Origin: a virus
IMG/VR virus record: IMGVR_UViG_3300028454_000165
Direction: 5' to 3' (one strand)
Length of the DNA stretch: 47,437 nt
The position numbers and the translations under genes were made by a program. This document shows positions 32,463 through 42,942 of the stretch, piece by piece. The notes under the pieces were generated by a model that saw only the letters and a program-made list of their open reading frames with translations, had not been told where the DNA came from and made no database searches. The number at the start of each line of letters is the position of its first letter. Within the stretch, counting starts at the first letter, position 1.

Positions 32463-35400
32463 AGCTTACAATTAAAATTGCAGGGAAGATGGACAAAAGC
32501 CTCACATCTGCCATCAACTCCACACAGAGCAGTATAAGCGGGCTTGCAAAAGGGCTTAGCAAGATAGGTACTGTAGGGCTTGCTGCTATGGGCGCTTTAG
32601 GAGTAGGCACGGTTAAGGTGCTTAAAGATGCGACAAAGCAGGCGCAGGACTTTGAGCAGCAGATGTCCGACGTTGTAAAGTACGTTGACGGCCTGGCAGA
32701 TGCGCAGGGCAAGATCAGCAATGCCATAGACAGTAGTACGGGCCGTACATATGCGGAAAACTACGACATTATGAAAAAAGGCATCATGGATCTTGCAGCA
32801 CAGATTCCTTATACCAGGGAAGAGCTGACGCAGTTAGCAGCGGCGGCCGGACAGTCAGGAAAATCAATGCAGGATTTGATGGAAGGTGGATTCCTTAAGG
32901 ACGTTGCTATGTGGGGTACCGCAATGGATATCGACGCAGAGCAGGCCGGTAACTGGGCGGCTAAATGGGAAAAAGCTTTCAACATGACCCATGCGGATGT
33001 TATGGACCTTGCCGATGTAATCAACTATTTAGGAGCAAACACAGCAACCACGGCAGCAGAGATAGCAAACGCTGTAAATGCAGCCGGTTCAATGGGTGAG
33101 CTTGCCGGAGTTGACACCAAAGCAACGGCAGCACTGGCAGACGCTATGCTTGCCACAGGTGTATCAAGCAACCGTGTCGGTACTTCATTAAAGAGAATTT
33201 ACACCAATGTTTCAAAGGGCACCAGCGCAACAAAAGCGCAAAAGGCAGCATGGGAAGAGTTAGGATTTACGGCAGAAGAGATAGCGAAATCTATGCAGTC
33301 AGACGGTGCCGGAACGATGCTAAAGGTATTCCAGGCTATCAAAGAGATGCCGAAGGAAAGGCAGGTAGCCACACTAAGCCAGCTATTCGGTAACTGGGCC
33401 ATAGAGGGTGCCGGCAAGATCGTAGGTAATCTCGACACATATACCGACGCTTTGAGAATGGCAACAGACCCAAGTCTTTATAAGGGCAGTATGCTACGAG
33501 AATTTGCTATTAAGGCAGATACAACGGAAGCGGTACAGACAATGTCAAAGAGTGCCGTCGAAAACCTGCAGATAGAGATAGGAGAGGCTTTCTTGCCGGT
33601 TAAGAAGCAATTCCTCAAGACCATCATTGACGTGACCGAGGGACTTCGGGAGAACGCCCCGGAACTTAAAGAATGTATGGAATCACTGGCGAGCTTCGTG
33701 GGAAAGGGTGTTGAAAAGATAGGCAACGCCCTTAAAAATGGATTGCCAAAGATAAGAGAGATTCTTGACTATCTAAATAAAAACGGTGACACCGTGTTAA
33801 GAGTTATCACAGGACTTGCAGCGGCATTTACCGGGATGAAGTTCACCCCCCTTATAAGTAGTTTAGGAAGCGGAGTAGGCGGGTTATTCAGCGCTGGAGG
33901 CAGTGCAGGAAAGACGGGAGCCGGATTATTTGCAAGACTATTTGGCGCCGGCAAAGCGGCCTATGGCAATATGGGCAACATTATAAAGAATGGAGCTGCT
34001 TTAGGACAACAGATCAATCCGGGAGCCAAGAATAATAAAGCAATGGGAATACTTGCGGTATTAAGAAATGCCGGCAGTATATTCGGCGGAAAAGGAGCGG
34101 CGGCACAGGCAGGAAATACAGCCGCAATTAACACACTGATAAACAGTAACGGTTTAGGCAATATGCTTAAGAACATGATAACCGGTTCAAAAGTAGGCCA
34201 GGGCGTATCAGGCGCCATCGCCGGAGGTAAATCATGGTTAAGCGGAATAGGTGCAGCGAGCGGGATTTTCGGGAAGCTGGGCGCTATGGTATCACCATTA
34301 GCCGGTCCGCTTTCCGGTTTGGCAGCGGGATTCGGCGGAATCGTAACCGGAGCGCTACCTATAGTTGGTATCTTTTCCGCAATAGTAGCTTCGGGAAGCC
34401 TGTTATATGACAACCTCGACGGTATAAGAGGGATCATTGGCAACACGTTCGGAGAATCGGGATTAGCAGTATTTGATGCGTTCAAGGAAAAACTGGACGG
34501 TATCATAGGATTTGTAGACAGTATTACCCACGGTGGCCTTGCAGAAGCACTAAGCGGAATACGGGAAGGTTTTGTAGGCTTATTCAGCGGTGACGCAGCG
34601 ACAATGGCCGGGCAGACTTTTGATAGTGTGGTAGGGATTTTTCAATCCATCTTAAATGTTGTCGGACAGGTGGTAGACTTTGCTAACACATATGTTAAGC
34701 CTATTATCCAGAGCATATTTGATTTTATCGTCAATAATGTCTTACCGACGATACTTAACACGTTCAACGCAGTAGCGCCGGCGATCATGTCAATTATAGA
34801 AAGCATAGGTGGAGCAATAACGACTGTAGCTTCCGTAATAGGTTCAGCTTTACAGGCGGTATTGCCGATATTTGAAGGAATTATTGACGTAATAATGCAC
34901 ATTGCGCAGGTAGCGATCCCGTTCCTGGGTAATGTCATTGCAACGGTATTCGGAGCCATTTCAACAGTGGTACAGGCTATCGGTACCGTATTCCAGGGAG
35001 TGTTTGATGCCATCAGAGGAATAATAGACGGTATTTGTACGGCATTTCAGGGAATGGCAGATATTATAGGCGGCATATTCGGCGGACTGGTAGAGATTGT
35101 AAAAGCCCCGATCAATGCGGTTATTGGACTTGTGAATATGGCTATCAGGGCGATTAACGGTATCGGCGTAACAATACCAGGTTGGGTACCGGGTATCGGC
35201 GGAAAGCGTTTAGGCTTTTCAATTCCGGAGATCCCGATGCTTGCCAAGGGTGGTTTTACAGACGGACCATCAATAGCAGGAGAAGCGGGACGAGAGGCCG
35301 TTATCTCATTTGACCGCAGTGTAAGGGATCAGAACCTTAATACATGGGCGGCAGCAGGAGAATTGTTAGGAGCGCGAGAGCTTAAGCCGTTTGGCGGAGA

Positions 35401-35560
35401 TTTCAGCGGCGGAGCCGGCAACATGACATTTGCACCGAACATAACCATCAATGGCAATGCGGATGCAGGTGTAGTTGACAACATGGTTAGCCAGATGCAG
35501 ACCATGTTTGAGAGCTGGTACGAGCAAAAGCAGAGGATGCAGGGAAGAACGGCATATTAA
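32441..35560 (+). CDS. Tape measure protein
   Basis: 1039 aa, Gly/Ala-rich. Lies after the chaperones. Confidence 0.85.
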   Translation: MAKDKTLELTIKIAGKMDKSLTSAINSTQSSISGLAKGLSKIGTVGLAAMGALGVGTVKVLKDATKQAQDFEQQMSDVVKYVDGLADAQGKISNAIDSSTGRTYAENYDIMKKGIMDLAAQIPYTREELTQLAAAAGQSGKSMQDLMEGGFLKDVAMWGTAMDIDAEQAGNWAAKWEKAFNMTHADVMDLADVINYLGANTATTAAEIANAVNAAGSMGELAGVDTKATAALADAMLATGVSSNRVGTSLKRIYTNVSKGTSATKAQKAAWEELGFTAEEIAKSMQSDGAGTMLKVFQAIKEMPKERQVATLSQLFGNWAIEGAGKIVGNLDTYTDALRMATDPSLYKGSMLREFAIKADTTEAVQTMSKSAVENLQIEIGEAFLPVKKQFLKTIIDVTEGLRENAPELKECMESLASFVGKGVEKIGNALKNGLPKIREILDYLNKNGDTVLRVITGLAAAFTGMKFTPLISSLGSGVGGLFSAGGSAGKTGAGLFARLFGAGKAAYGNMGNIIKNGAALGQQINPGAKNNKAMGILAVLRNAGSIFGGKGAAAQAGNTAAINTLINSNGLGNMLKNMITGSKVGQGVSGAIAGGKSWLSGIGAASGIFGKLGAMVSPLAGPLSGLAAGFGGIVTGALPIVGIFSAIVASGSLLYDNLDGIRGIIGNTFGESGLAVFDAFKEKLDGIIGFVDSITHGGLAEALSGIREGFVGLFSGDAATMAGQTFDSVVGIFQSILNVVGQVVDFANTYVKPIIQSIFDFIVNNVLPTILNTFNAVAPAIMSIIESIGGAITTVASVIGSALQAVLPIFEGIIDVIMHIAQVAIPFLGNVIATVFGAISTVVQAIGTVFQGVFDAIRGIIDGICTAFQGMADIIGGIFGGLVEIVKAPINAVIGLVNMAIRAINGIGVTIPGWVPGIGGKRLGFSIPEIPMLAKGGFTDGPSIAGEAGREAVISFDRSVRDQNLNTWAAAGELLGARELKPFGGDFSGGAGNMTFAPNITINGNADAGVVDNMVSQMQTMFESWYEQKQRMQGRTAY

Positions 35561-35569
35561 GGAGGCACT

Positions 35570-35818
35570 ATGGCACGGTATACATATAAGACTAAGAGCG
35601 GCGATACGTGGGACACTATCGCAAAAAGCATATACGGTAATGAATACTTTGCCGGCGACTTAATGGCTGTCAACCCGCAGCACCTCGACACTTTCATATT
35701 TAGTGAGGGTGTCGAGATTACTGCTTATGATGTAAAGGACGTACCGGATGGAGATCTGCCGCCGTGGAAGTACGAAGCCGAAGCTAAAGAAGACGAAGAG
35801 GACGAGGATAATGATTAA
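35570..35818 (+). CDS. LysM-domain tail protein (XkdP / P2 gpX-like)
   Basis: YTYKTKSGDTWDTIAKSIYG is a LysM motif. Confidence 0.6.
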   Translation: MARYTYKTKSGDTWDTIAKSIYGNEYFAGDLMAVNPQHLDTFIFSEGVEITAYDVKDVPDGDLPPWKYEAEAKEDEEDEDND

Positions 35819-37373
35819 TACCCGACGTGTTACGGTCGAAGTTCAATATAACAAGCATAAATGGCCGGAGCCGCAACAGGCAGGCGAATACATTGAGAGC
35901 CTTACGTATGTTGATTCCTCCTCGGATAATTCGGACAGCATAGATATTACGTTTAATGCGACGGAAGATAAATGGCTGGGAAGCTGGATGCCGGACAAGG
36001 GAGCAAAAATTAAAGCTACCATTATAGGAAGCTACTGGGATTCCACCACAGGTACCGGGACACATAAGATCAAGTGCGGACAGTTTATTCTGGATGATAT
36101 TTCTTATGCAGACGGCCCTTCCAAGATGTCAATAGGCGGAGTAAGCAAACCGGCAGACGAAAATTTTTCAGAATTAAAGCGGGAAAAAGTATGGAAGTAT
36201 ACCAGCATAAAAAGGATAGGAAGCACTATTGCGAAGCGATACGGTTTGAAATTTACCTATGATGCAGAAGATTATAGCATTGAAACGGAAGAGCAGGACG
36301 CTACAGATTCCAGCTTCCTGAATACGCTTTGCAAAAATTATGGCCTGATCCTCAAAGTGTATTCGGCGCATATGTGGATATATGACCGGGAGGCATATAA
36401 GAAGAAAAAGCCAATTAAGACATTTGGCAAGTCTGATATGGTGCAGGGATCGTTGAAGTATTCAACTACCCTGTATGGCACCTACACAGGAGGATATTTT
36501 GAATACACTGACAGCGACAAAGACATTGATATCATAGCGGAGATAGGCGGAGGAACACATACTAAGAATGTAAGCCGCCGGGCAACAAGCGTTTTAGACG
36601 CGAGTATTCAGCTTTGCGCAGATATCAATAATGCTAATCACGGCAAAACCAAGGTAAGCTTCACCGTTCCAGGAGAATGGAAGGTATCATCAGGAAGCGT
36701 AATAAGGCTTACTGATTACGGAGATCTTAACGGGAAATACTTCGTGGATAAAGTAACCCACAAATACGATACATCAAGCGGATTTAGTTCAGACATTGCC
36801 GCTTCAAAAGTGGATAAGTCCTTTAATTACTGGGATGTCGGTGGACATATCGAAGTACACGAGAAGGACGACGAAGAAGAAGAAAAGTACACAAGCACTT
36901 ATGAGAAGATGAAGAGCGAAGCGGCAGGAGCGCAGCCCGGACAGGCAGTTACGCTCACCAATGCACCGTTCTACGTGTCCAGTACGGCCCCGGAGCCGGC
37001 GAGTTATAAGAGCGGTACTTTTTATTTTTATGACGGAGTATTGCAGGGCGGCAGGTACCGTATGACAATATCGGCCGATAGATGTGGAAAGCTGCCGGTA
37101 GGCGAGAATGTAACCGGCTGGGTACCGGCCGCATATTGCGGAGTGGGCGCAGCAACGGAGAACACCCAGGCAGGGGGGGCGTCAGGCGGAATTAATTATT
37201 CAGCCAGCACTAATAGCCCGGCCATCACATCGAGCGGCGGCGGAGCTGTTAACCTGCAGAATGCTACGAGCTTTAGCCTTAACGGTATAGGCGGTACAAC
37301 ACCACCGGCAAACCAGACGGCCAAGGGCAACAGTGGAAGCCTTCACGCAGGCATAGCTTTTCCGCTTAATTAA
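35811..37373 (+). CDS. gpD / Mu gpP / XkdQ-like baseplate hub protein with C-terminal extension
   Basis: Start trimmed to MINTRRVTVEV. Called from position after TMP and LysM. Confidence 0.6.
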   Translation: MINTRRVTVEVQYNKHKWPEPQQAGEYIESLTYVDSSSDNSDSIDITFNATEDKWLGSWMPDKGAKIKATIIGSYWDSTTGTGTHKIKCGQFILDDISYADGPSKMSIGGVSKPADENFSELKREKVWKYTSIKRIGSTIAKRYGLKFTYDAEDYSIETEEQDATDSSFLNTLCKNYGLILKVYSAHMWIYDREAYKKKKPIKTFGKSDMVQGSLKYSTTLYGTYTGGYFEYTDSDKDIDIIAEIGGGTHTKNVSRRATSVLDASIQLCADINNANHGKTKVSFTVPGEWKVSSGSVIRLTDYGDLNGKYFVDKVTHKYDTSSGFSSDIAASKVDKSFNYWDVGGHIEVHEKDDEEEEKYTSTYEKMKSEAAGAQPGQAVTLTNAPFYVSSTAPEPASYKSGTFYFYDGVLQGGRYRMTISADRCGKLPVGENVTGWVPAAYCGVGAATENTQAGGASGGINYSASTNSPAITSSGGGAVNLQNATSFSLNGIGGTTPPANQTAKGNSGSLHAGIAFPLN

Positions 37374-37385
37374 TAGGAGCAGAAT

Positions 37386-38264
37386 ATGAGCAGTAGTTCT
37401 ACAAACCGTACAGGGCGTGTCAGTTCTGTAAACCATGAGCGTGGGACATATGAAGTTACATATAGGGACAGGGGAAAGAGCGTAACCCAAGAAATAAATA
37501 TGATCTCCAATGGCGAATACAAGATGCCTAAAGTCGGGCAGGTAGTTAGCGTCCAGCACAACTCCAACGGTACGGAAGCCGGCGTTACGTTTGGCACCGT
37601 ATGGAATAGTTCTAATACCCCGGCGGAAGGTTATGAGGGGTTATTCCGCAAGGAGTACGGAGAGCGAAAAGGCGAGTGCTACGAGCGGTATGATTCCAAC
37701 ACCGGAGTATATGAAATGAATGCCCCGAAGAGAATACATCGAAATAGCAAAGACGAGATATACGACGAGGCGAAAGGGAGTATAAGCCTTGTCGCCGGAG
37801 GGCAGGTTCAGATCACGTCAACAGGATCAAGCGTAAGTATCAGCGGAGCAACAAGCGCAGGAGTGTCGGCCGGTACCGTAATGGTGATTAATGCCGGCAC
37901 AGATATGACGATGGAAGCTGCCGGTAAAATGGGTATTGTATCGGGCGGTACTTTGCAACAGCAGCACGGCGGAGATGCAGACATTAAATATAAGGGCAAA
38001 CTGACAGAAGAGATTACGAAGGACGCCAAAATCGAGTATAAGGCAAAGCTGGAAGAAAAGGTAACAGGCGAAGCTAAGCTAGATTTCCCTGGTGGGCTTA
38101 AGATCACCGTAGGCGGATGCACTATTGAAATCGACACATCGGGGAATGTTAAGATTGACGCACCAAAGATAGAGCTTAAGGCGGCAGACGGTGAAGCAGA
38201 TATTAAACAGATCAAGCTGACAAAGCATAAACACGCAGGCGGACCGGAGCCGGATCCCGGCTAA
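37386..38264 (+). CDS. Baseplate spike (gpV / Mu gp45-like)
   Basis: OB-fold-like N-terminus TGRVSSV...PKVGQVVSV, then beta-helix-like repeats. Confidence 0.6.
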   Translation: MSSSSTNRTGRVSSVNHERGTYEVTYRDRGKSVTQEINMISNGEYKMPKVGQVVSVQHNSNGTEAGVTFGTVWNSSNTPAEGYEGLFRKEYGERKGECYERYDSNTGVYEMNAPKRIHRNSKDEIYDEAKGSISLVAGGQVQITSTGSSVSISGATSAGVSAGTVMVINAGTDMTMEAAGKMGIVSGGTLQQQHGGDADIKYKGKLTEEITKDAKIEYKAKLEEKVTGEAKLDFPGGLKITVGGCTIEIDTSGNVKIDAPKIELKAADGEADIKQIKLTKHKHAGGPEPDPG

Positions 38265-38280
38265 ACAGGAGGTGTGAATT

Positions 38281-38673
38281 GTGGCGATAGGAAGCTACAT
38301 GGGAAAGACATTTACAGTAAGCGATAAGAAAATTTTCGCGCCGGCCAGTTTTACCGGCAGCATAGGGACTGAATACGCAGAGCATAAAAGACCGTTAAAG
38401 AAGCCCACTTCGCAGTATCTATCACCAAAAGCAGATACTTACAGCGAAGAGCTGTTACTACGGGCACAGGACGGAGTTAACCCTAGGGCAATGCGGGATT
38501 TCTTTAAGAAAGCGTGCGAACAAGGTAAAGCAGACTATTTCATAATAGGGAGTAAGCCTATATGCAATAACCAGCTTGTTATCACGGACATATCGGAAGA
38601 CTGGCAAAGCGTAGTAGTTAACGGCGCACTTATAGAGTGCAAACTAACGCTATCGCTTAAAGAGTATGTATAG
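38281..38673 (+). CDS. Baseplate/tail protein (possibly GpU/XkdS-like)
   Basis: GTG start after GGAGGTG. Called from position. Confidence 0.35.
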   Translation: MAIGSYMGKTFTVSDKKIFAPASFTGSIGTEYAEHKRPLKKPTSQYLSPKADTYSEELLLRAQDGVNPRAMRDFFKKACEQGKADYFIIGSKPICNNQLVITDISEDWQSVVVNGALIECKLTLSLKEYV

Positions 38674-38682
38674 GAGGGCGCT

Positions 38683-38997
38683 ATGGCAAATATAGTATAT
38701 GATGCCACTATTGAGATAGCGGCCGGAAATGTTACTGATCCGGTAGCGCAGGAAGTATACCGAAATCTGCAAGTGCTATATAACACCCTGGCAGGGCAGC
38801 AGGCACTTGACAGGGACTTTGGTATAGAGACAGCCGCGCCCGATATCCCGTCAGAAATGGCGAAATCATTTATAACCGCAGAGTATGTAAGAAAAACACA
38901 AATGTATGAGCCGAGGGCAAGGGTTGACCGCGTAGAGTGGGAAGGCGACCGCGCCAGCGGAAATATTAGTCCAAAGGTGGTGATTGAGCTTGTCTAG
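38683..38997 (+). CDS. Baseplate wedge protein (gpW / gp25-like)
   Basis: 104 aa, upstream of the gpJ-like gene. Confidence 0.6.
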   Translation: MANIVYDATIEIAAGNVTDPVAQEVYRNLQVLYNTLAGQQALDRDFGIETAAPDIPSEMAKSFITAEYVRKTQMYEPRARVDRVEWEGDRASGNISPKVVIELV

Positions 38998-40144
38998 TAT
39001 AAATCAATTAAACAATGTGCCGGATATATCCTTTATTGAAAACATGACCCTGCAGGAAACGGAAGAGCAGACAAGGGCAGAATACTTAAGGCTGTATAAG
39101 GAGCTGACAGGTAAAGAGGGAGAGCTTACACCGGCAGATGCAAAAACACTTCTTATTAAAGCATTTTCCTTGATAATGTATCAGACTATGCAATATATCG
39201 ACGCAAAGGGCCGGGCAGAAATGCTTAAGACCTCAACCGGAGATGCGCTGGATGCACTGGCGGCATTATTCGGTATATTCCGGCTTGCTGCGACAAAAGC
39301 GATAGCGACAGAACGATTTACCCTGGCAGATGCCAGGCCAGATGTAGTAGCTATTCCTGCAGGTACCAGAGTGAAGACACAGAACGGGAGATATTTTAAC
39401 ACATTATCTTACGCAGAAATCCCCGCCGGGGAGCTTTTTGTTGACGTGATGATACAGGCAGAAGAAGCCGGCACGGAGCCAAACGACATACCCGTAGGGG
39501 ATATCAATATTTTAGTAGACCCTATAGCATATGTGGCGAAGGTAGAAAATACCGTAGTAAGTACCGGCGGTATTGACGTTGAAAAGGACGACGATCTGAC
39601 AGAGCGTGTATACCTTGCACCGAAAAGATTTTCAGTGGCAGGGCCTAAAGGAGCATATGAATACTATGTAAGAGAATGGAGAGCGGATGTAGCAGATGTT
39701 ATGGTAACAAGCCCCACGGCTTGCCACGTAGTTATATATGCGATGCTGGAGGACGGATCATTACTCACAGAAGAAGAGCGGGAAAGCCTGCTTGAGTATT
39801 TATCAGACGAGAATATAAGACCTTTAACGGACCTGGTATCAATCCAGAATCCGTCAGAGATAGATTATTCCATTAATGTTACCTACTATATTGCTACCAG
39901 CGACAGGGCGACAGCAGGCGACATACAGAATAAGGTTAACAAAGCAGTAACCGATTACAAAGCATGGCAGCGGCACTTAGGACGGGATATTAACCCGTCA
40001 GAGCTTATTCACCAGATAAGGGCAGCAGGCGCAAAGCGAGTAATCATTAACGACGATAAACCGGACTACGCAGTTATTCTTAACACACAGTTACCCAAGT
40101 GTATTGAAACTACGGTGACATATGGAGGGCTTGAAGATGATTAA
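38984..40144 (+). CDS. Baseplate J-like protein
   Basis: 386 aa; called from synteny. The TTG start is uncertain. Confidence 0.7.
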   Translation: MSLSSINQLNNVPDISFIENMTLQETEEQTRAEYLRLYKELTGKEGELTPADAKTLLIKAFSLIMYQTMQYIDAKGRAEMLKTSTGDALDALAALFGIFRLAATKAIATERFTLADARPDVVAIPAGTRVKTQNGRYFNTLSYAEIPAGELFVDVMIQAEEAGTEPNDIPVGDINILVDPIAYVAKVENTVVSTGGIDVEKDDDLTERVYLAPKRFSVAGPKGAYEYYVREWRADVADVMVTSPTACHVVIYAMLEDGSLLTEEERESLLEYLSDENIRPLTDLVSIQNPSEIDYSINVTYYIATSDRATAGDIQNKVNKAVTDYKAWQRHLGRDINPSELIHQIRAAGAKRVIINDDKPDYAVILNTQLPKCIETTVTYGGLEDD

Positions 40145-40871
40145 AAGCTTGAAAGAAGCCCGCATCACGGACGGTTTACCCGACATTGTAGCTAATCAGG
40201 ATTGGGTGCTTGCCTTATCGGGGGCGTTAGGCGAGATCCATGAGAAGGTTATAGAGTACGCAGACCAAAGCCAGATATACACGGCCATTGATACCCTTTC
40301 GGAAGAATTGGTAGATGCCCTGGCAGTCCAGCTTTCAGCACCGTATTACGATCAAGAGAATATGACCCTTGATGTAAAACGGGGAATCGTGAAAAACACT
40401 ATTTCATGGTATATGAAAGCAGGAACCCCGGCAGCAGTCAAAGAGATGATACAAGTCATTTTCGGAGAAGGCGATATTGTAGAGTGGTTTAACTTCACAG
40501 AAGGGGAGCAGACACCGGGATATTTCGATATCATTACATCGGCAAAACTTACCCCGGAAATCATAGACCAGTTTACAAGAATCATAGACCGGGTTAAGAA
40601 TGTTCGGTCCCATATCCGCCGGATTTTAATAGACAGGCAGATATTACAACCGGAGTACGTAGCCACGGCAGCAGTATCAAGCCCGCACGAGAAGATTGTC
40701 AACAGTCCACAGAGAGAAAGCGAGACAGGATCCATCGTAGGTATCGGGGCTTGTGTATTCTCTAACCCGCGATTAGCAATTTCCAACAGCAAAAGAAATA
40801 TTGATGCGGACACGAACGGACAAACGCACATAGGCATGATGGTCCGTTCAAGTCCGCATTATGTATTTTAA
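40137..40871 (+). CDS. Baseplate/tail protein gpI-like
   Basis: Start MIKSLKEAR after GGAGGG. The alternative ATG is at 40122. Confidence 0.55.
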   Translation: MIKSLKEARITDGLPDIVANQDWVLALSGALGEIHEKVIEYADQSQIYTAIDTLSEELVDALAVQLSAPYYDQENMTLDVKRGIVKNTISWYMKAGTPAAVKEMIQVIFGEGDIVEWFNFTEGEQTPGYFDIITSAKLTPEIIDQFTRIIDRVKNVRSHIRRILIDRQILQPEYVATAAVSSPHEKIVNSPQRESETGSIVGIGACVFSNPRLAISNSKRNIDADTNGQTHIGMMVRSSPHYVF

Positions 40872-40898
40872 TCATTCACAAAAGAAGGAGGAAGAGAC

Positions 40899-41453
40899 AT
40901 GGCCGGAGTTTTTAACGAGGCTGTCCTTACCGAAAAAGGTATAGCGTTACTTGCCAAGGCGCAGGCGGGGTTAACCACGATTACCCTTACAAAAGCCGCA
41001 TCAGGTGACGGAAGCTATACAGAGGGAGAGGACATTAGCAAGCAGACGGCGCTTAAGAGCCAGAAGCAGGAATTTAGCATCAACACTGTAATGGTCCAAA
41101 ATGTCAGCAACGTATTTGTGAAGTTTATTATCACAAATTATAAGAGCGAGACAGAATACCTTACACACGGCTATTACGTAAAAGAGATCGGATTATTCGC
41201 TACCGACCCGGACGAAGGAGAGATCCTTTATGCTATCGCCACAGCGGTAACAGATCAGTGGGATTACTTACCCGCTTACAACGACTTACTACCATCAACC
41301 ATCACTATTGAAATGCTTACCGAAGTGGCAAATGCCGACACGGTAACAATCGAAGCACCCAATAAGATGTACCTGTACGACGATACAACCGGCGACAAGT
41401 ACGTACTGGGCGTTGAGAACGGATTACTTTACTACGAGGAGGTAGAAGAATAA
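40899..41453 (+). CDS. Tail-collar / proximal tail fibre protein
   Basis: 184 aa. N-terminal GIALLAKAQAG...TKAASGDG resembles tail-collar fibre N-termini. Confidence 0.5.
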   Translation: MAGVFNEAVLTEKGIALLAKAQAGLTTITLTKAASGDGSYTEGEDISKQTALKSQKQEFSINTVMVQNVSNVFVKFIITNYKSETEYLTHGYYVKEIGLFATDPDEGEILYAIATAVTDQWDYLPAYNDLLPSTITIEMLTEVANADTVTIEAPNKMYLYDDTTGDKYVLGVENGLLYYEEVEE

Positions 41454-42749
41454 ATGAGCGATAAAATATATGTTGCGGATAAGCCTACGCTGGATTCCGT
41501 TAACGAGAAAGTATCAGCTATCCTTGCTATCGAGAAGGACGAGGATGTATACGGTTTCGTGGAGCATATGGACATACTTGATCCTGACGAGAGGATTGAA
41601 TATATCGGGCTTAACAAGAACTTTAACCCCATTACTATTACCATGGGCGGCGGCTATTCCCTGGGTGACTGGGCGACATTCCCGCTGCTGGTTAACAACA
41701 AGCCCTACATGGTTAAGAGCAGCGGTATTGTAGATTACCAGCTTTCCGAGACGAACTATTCAAAGAAAGCCGACGGAGAGACAGCATCAGATGTGGCAAA
41801 TACTTCTTACGACGGCGGTGCTTTCTCATGGTTGCAGAAGATCTACAAGAAGGAATACATTGTTGGATCAGACAGATATGTTAAGTTTTCGCTGGAGCCG
41901 AGAGATGGTTACGAGGCAGCAGGATTCATTGACGATACCAACAACGAACTTGAAGGAGTATGGATTCCGATGTTCTATGGAGCTTCCAACGGAGCTTCAC
42001 AGAATCCGAAGATGCTGACTGTCTCCGGGACACAGCCGGTACATAGCCAGACGACGGCCCAGGAGAAAACCTTAATTGATAATTTCGCCGCCCGGGGTAA
42101 ATTCTTTGGCGGAGCAATAATCAATACCATCCACGACCTGCTTCTTCTTTGGGGCAAGACATCTAATATCCAGGACAAATATGGCTATGGCAACTGCAAC
42201 GGCTATGACAGCACGTTATCTCCTACATATGGAGTGCTTGCTAATGCTATAGTGGGCGGCGGACAGTTTTACGGTACCGGCGCAGACGATAAGAAGCACT
42301 TAAATAAGATTTTGCACTCTATCGTATTAGGTAGCTATCAGCAGTGGATGCGCGATCCTTATACAGCCTGCGTAAGCGGAAAGGTATATGTAAGCAAGAA
42401 TTACAAATATGATATCTCAACACCGGCCAATACATACAAAAACACCGGTGTAGTATTTGCAGAGACATTAAGCGGCGTATATCCGCATAAATACGCAGTA
42501 GAACCCGGATTCGGAAAGATCCCCGTTGTACCATGTGAAGGAACATCAGCAACCGGCGGTTGTGACGGTTTTTGGGTAAATCCCGGTATAACGGCCGTGG
42601 CCGGTCGGTTCGGTTCTTGCTCCCTTGACCTCTTTTGCGGCACGGGCGCGTTGACTTTGAACGGCACTGCCACGGACGCGACCTGGAGCATCGGCGCCGC
42701 CGTTCTTCTCTTACCACCTGCCGGCACAACGCCTAGCGTTGCGGCGTAG
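41454..42749 (+). CDS. Distal tail fibre / receptor-binding protein; DGR target with C-terminal variable region
   Basis: 431 aa. The C-terminus GRFGSCSLDLFCGTGALTLNGTATDATWSIGAA aligns to the TR-encoded NCNNDLICGTGALNLNNTATNANWNIGAA. Confidence 0.8.
   Translation: MSDKIYVADKPTLDSVNEKVSAILAIEKDEDVYGFVEHMDILDPDERIEYIGLNKNFNPITITMGGGYSLGDWATFPLLVNNKPYMVKSSGIVDYQLSETNYSKKADGETASDVANTSYDGGAFSWLQKIYKKEYIVGSDRYVKFSLEPRDGYEAAGFIDDTNNELEGVWIPMFYGASNGASQNPKMLTVSGTQPVHSQTTAQEKTLIDNFAARGKFFGGAIINTIHDLLLLWGKTSNIQDKYGYGNCNGYDSTLSPTYGVLANAIVGGGQFYGTGADDKKHLNKILHSIVLGSYQQWMRDPYTACVSGKVYVSKNYKYDISTPANTYKNTGVVFAETLSGVYPHKYAVEPGFGKIPVVPCEGTSATGGCDGFWVNPGITAVAGRFGSCSLDLFCGTGALTLNGTATDATWSIGAAVLLLPPAGTTPSVAA
42593..42709 (+). 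repeat. DGR variable repeat (VR)
   Basis: 117 bp aligned without gaps to 42826-42942. There are 16 differences, 15 of them at TR adenines. Confidence 0.85.
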
Positions 42750-42754
42750 GGGGT

Positions 42755-42772
42755 GTGGGGGTCTTCCCCCAC
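42755..42772 (+). promoter_or_regulatory. GC-rich hairpin just 3' of VR
   Basis: GTGGGGG-tctt-CCCCCAC, a 7-bp stem with a 4-nt loop, starting 6 nt after the target stop codon. Confidence 0.6.
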
Positions 42773-42825
42773 GGTGACTTTATGTAGCGGGAAATTAACA
42801 GGGGATGAGACTGCGACACCTCCGG

Positions 42826-42942
42826 GGCCGTGGCCATTCGGTTCGGTAATTGCAACAATGACCTCATTTGCGGCACGGGCGCGTTGAATTTGAACAACAC
42901 TGCCACGAACGCGAACTGGAACATCGGCGCCGCCGTTATTCT
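42826..42942 (+). repeat. DGR template repeat (TR)
   Basis: Adenine-containing master copy. AAY codons in the VR frame. Noncoding; the ORF-track entry 42830-43069 is spurious. Confidence 0.85.
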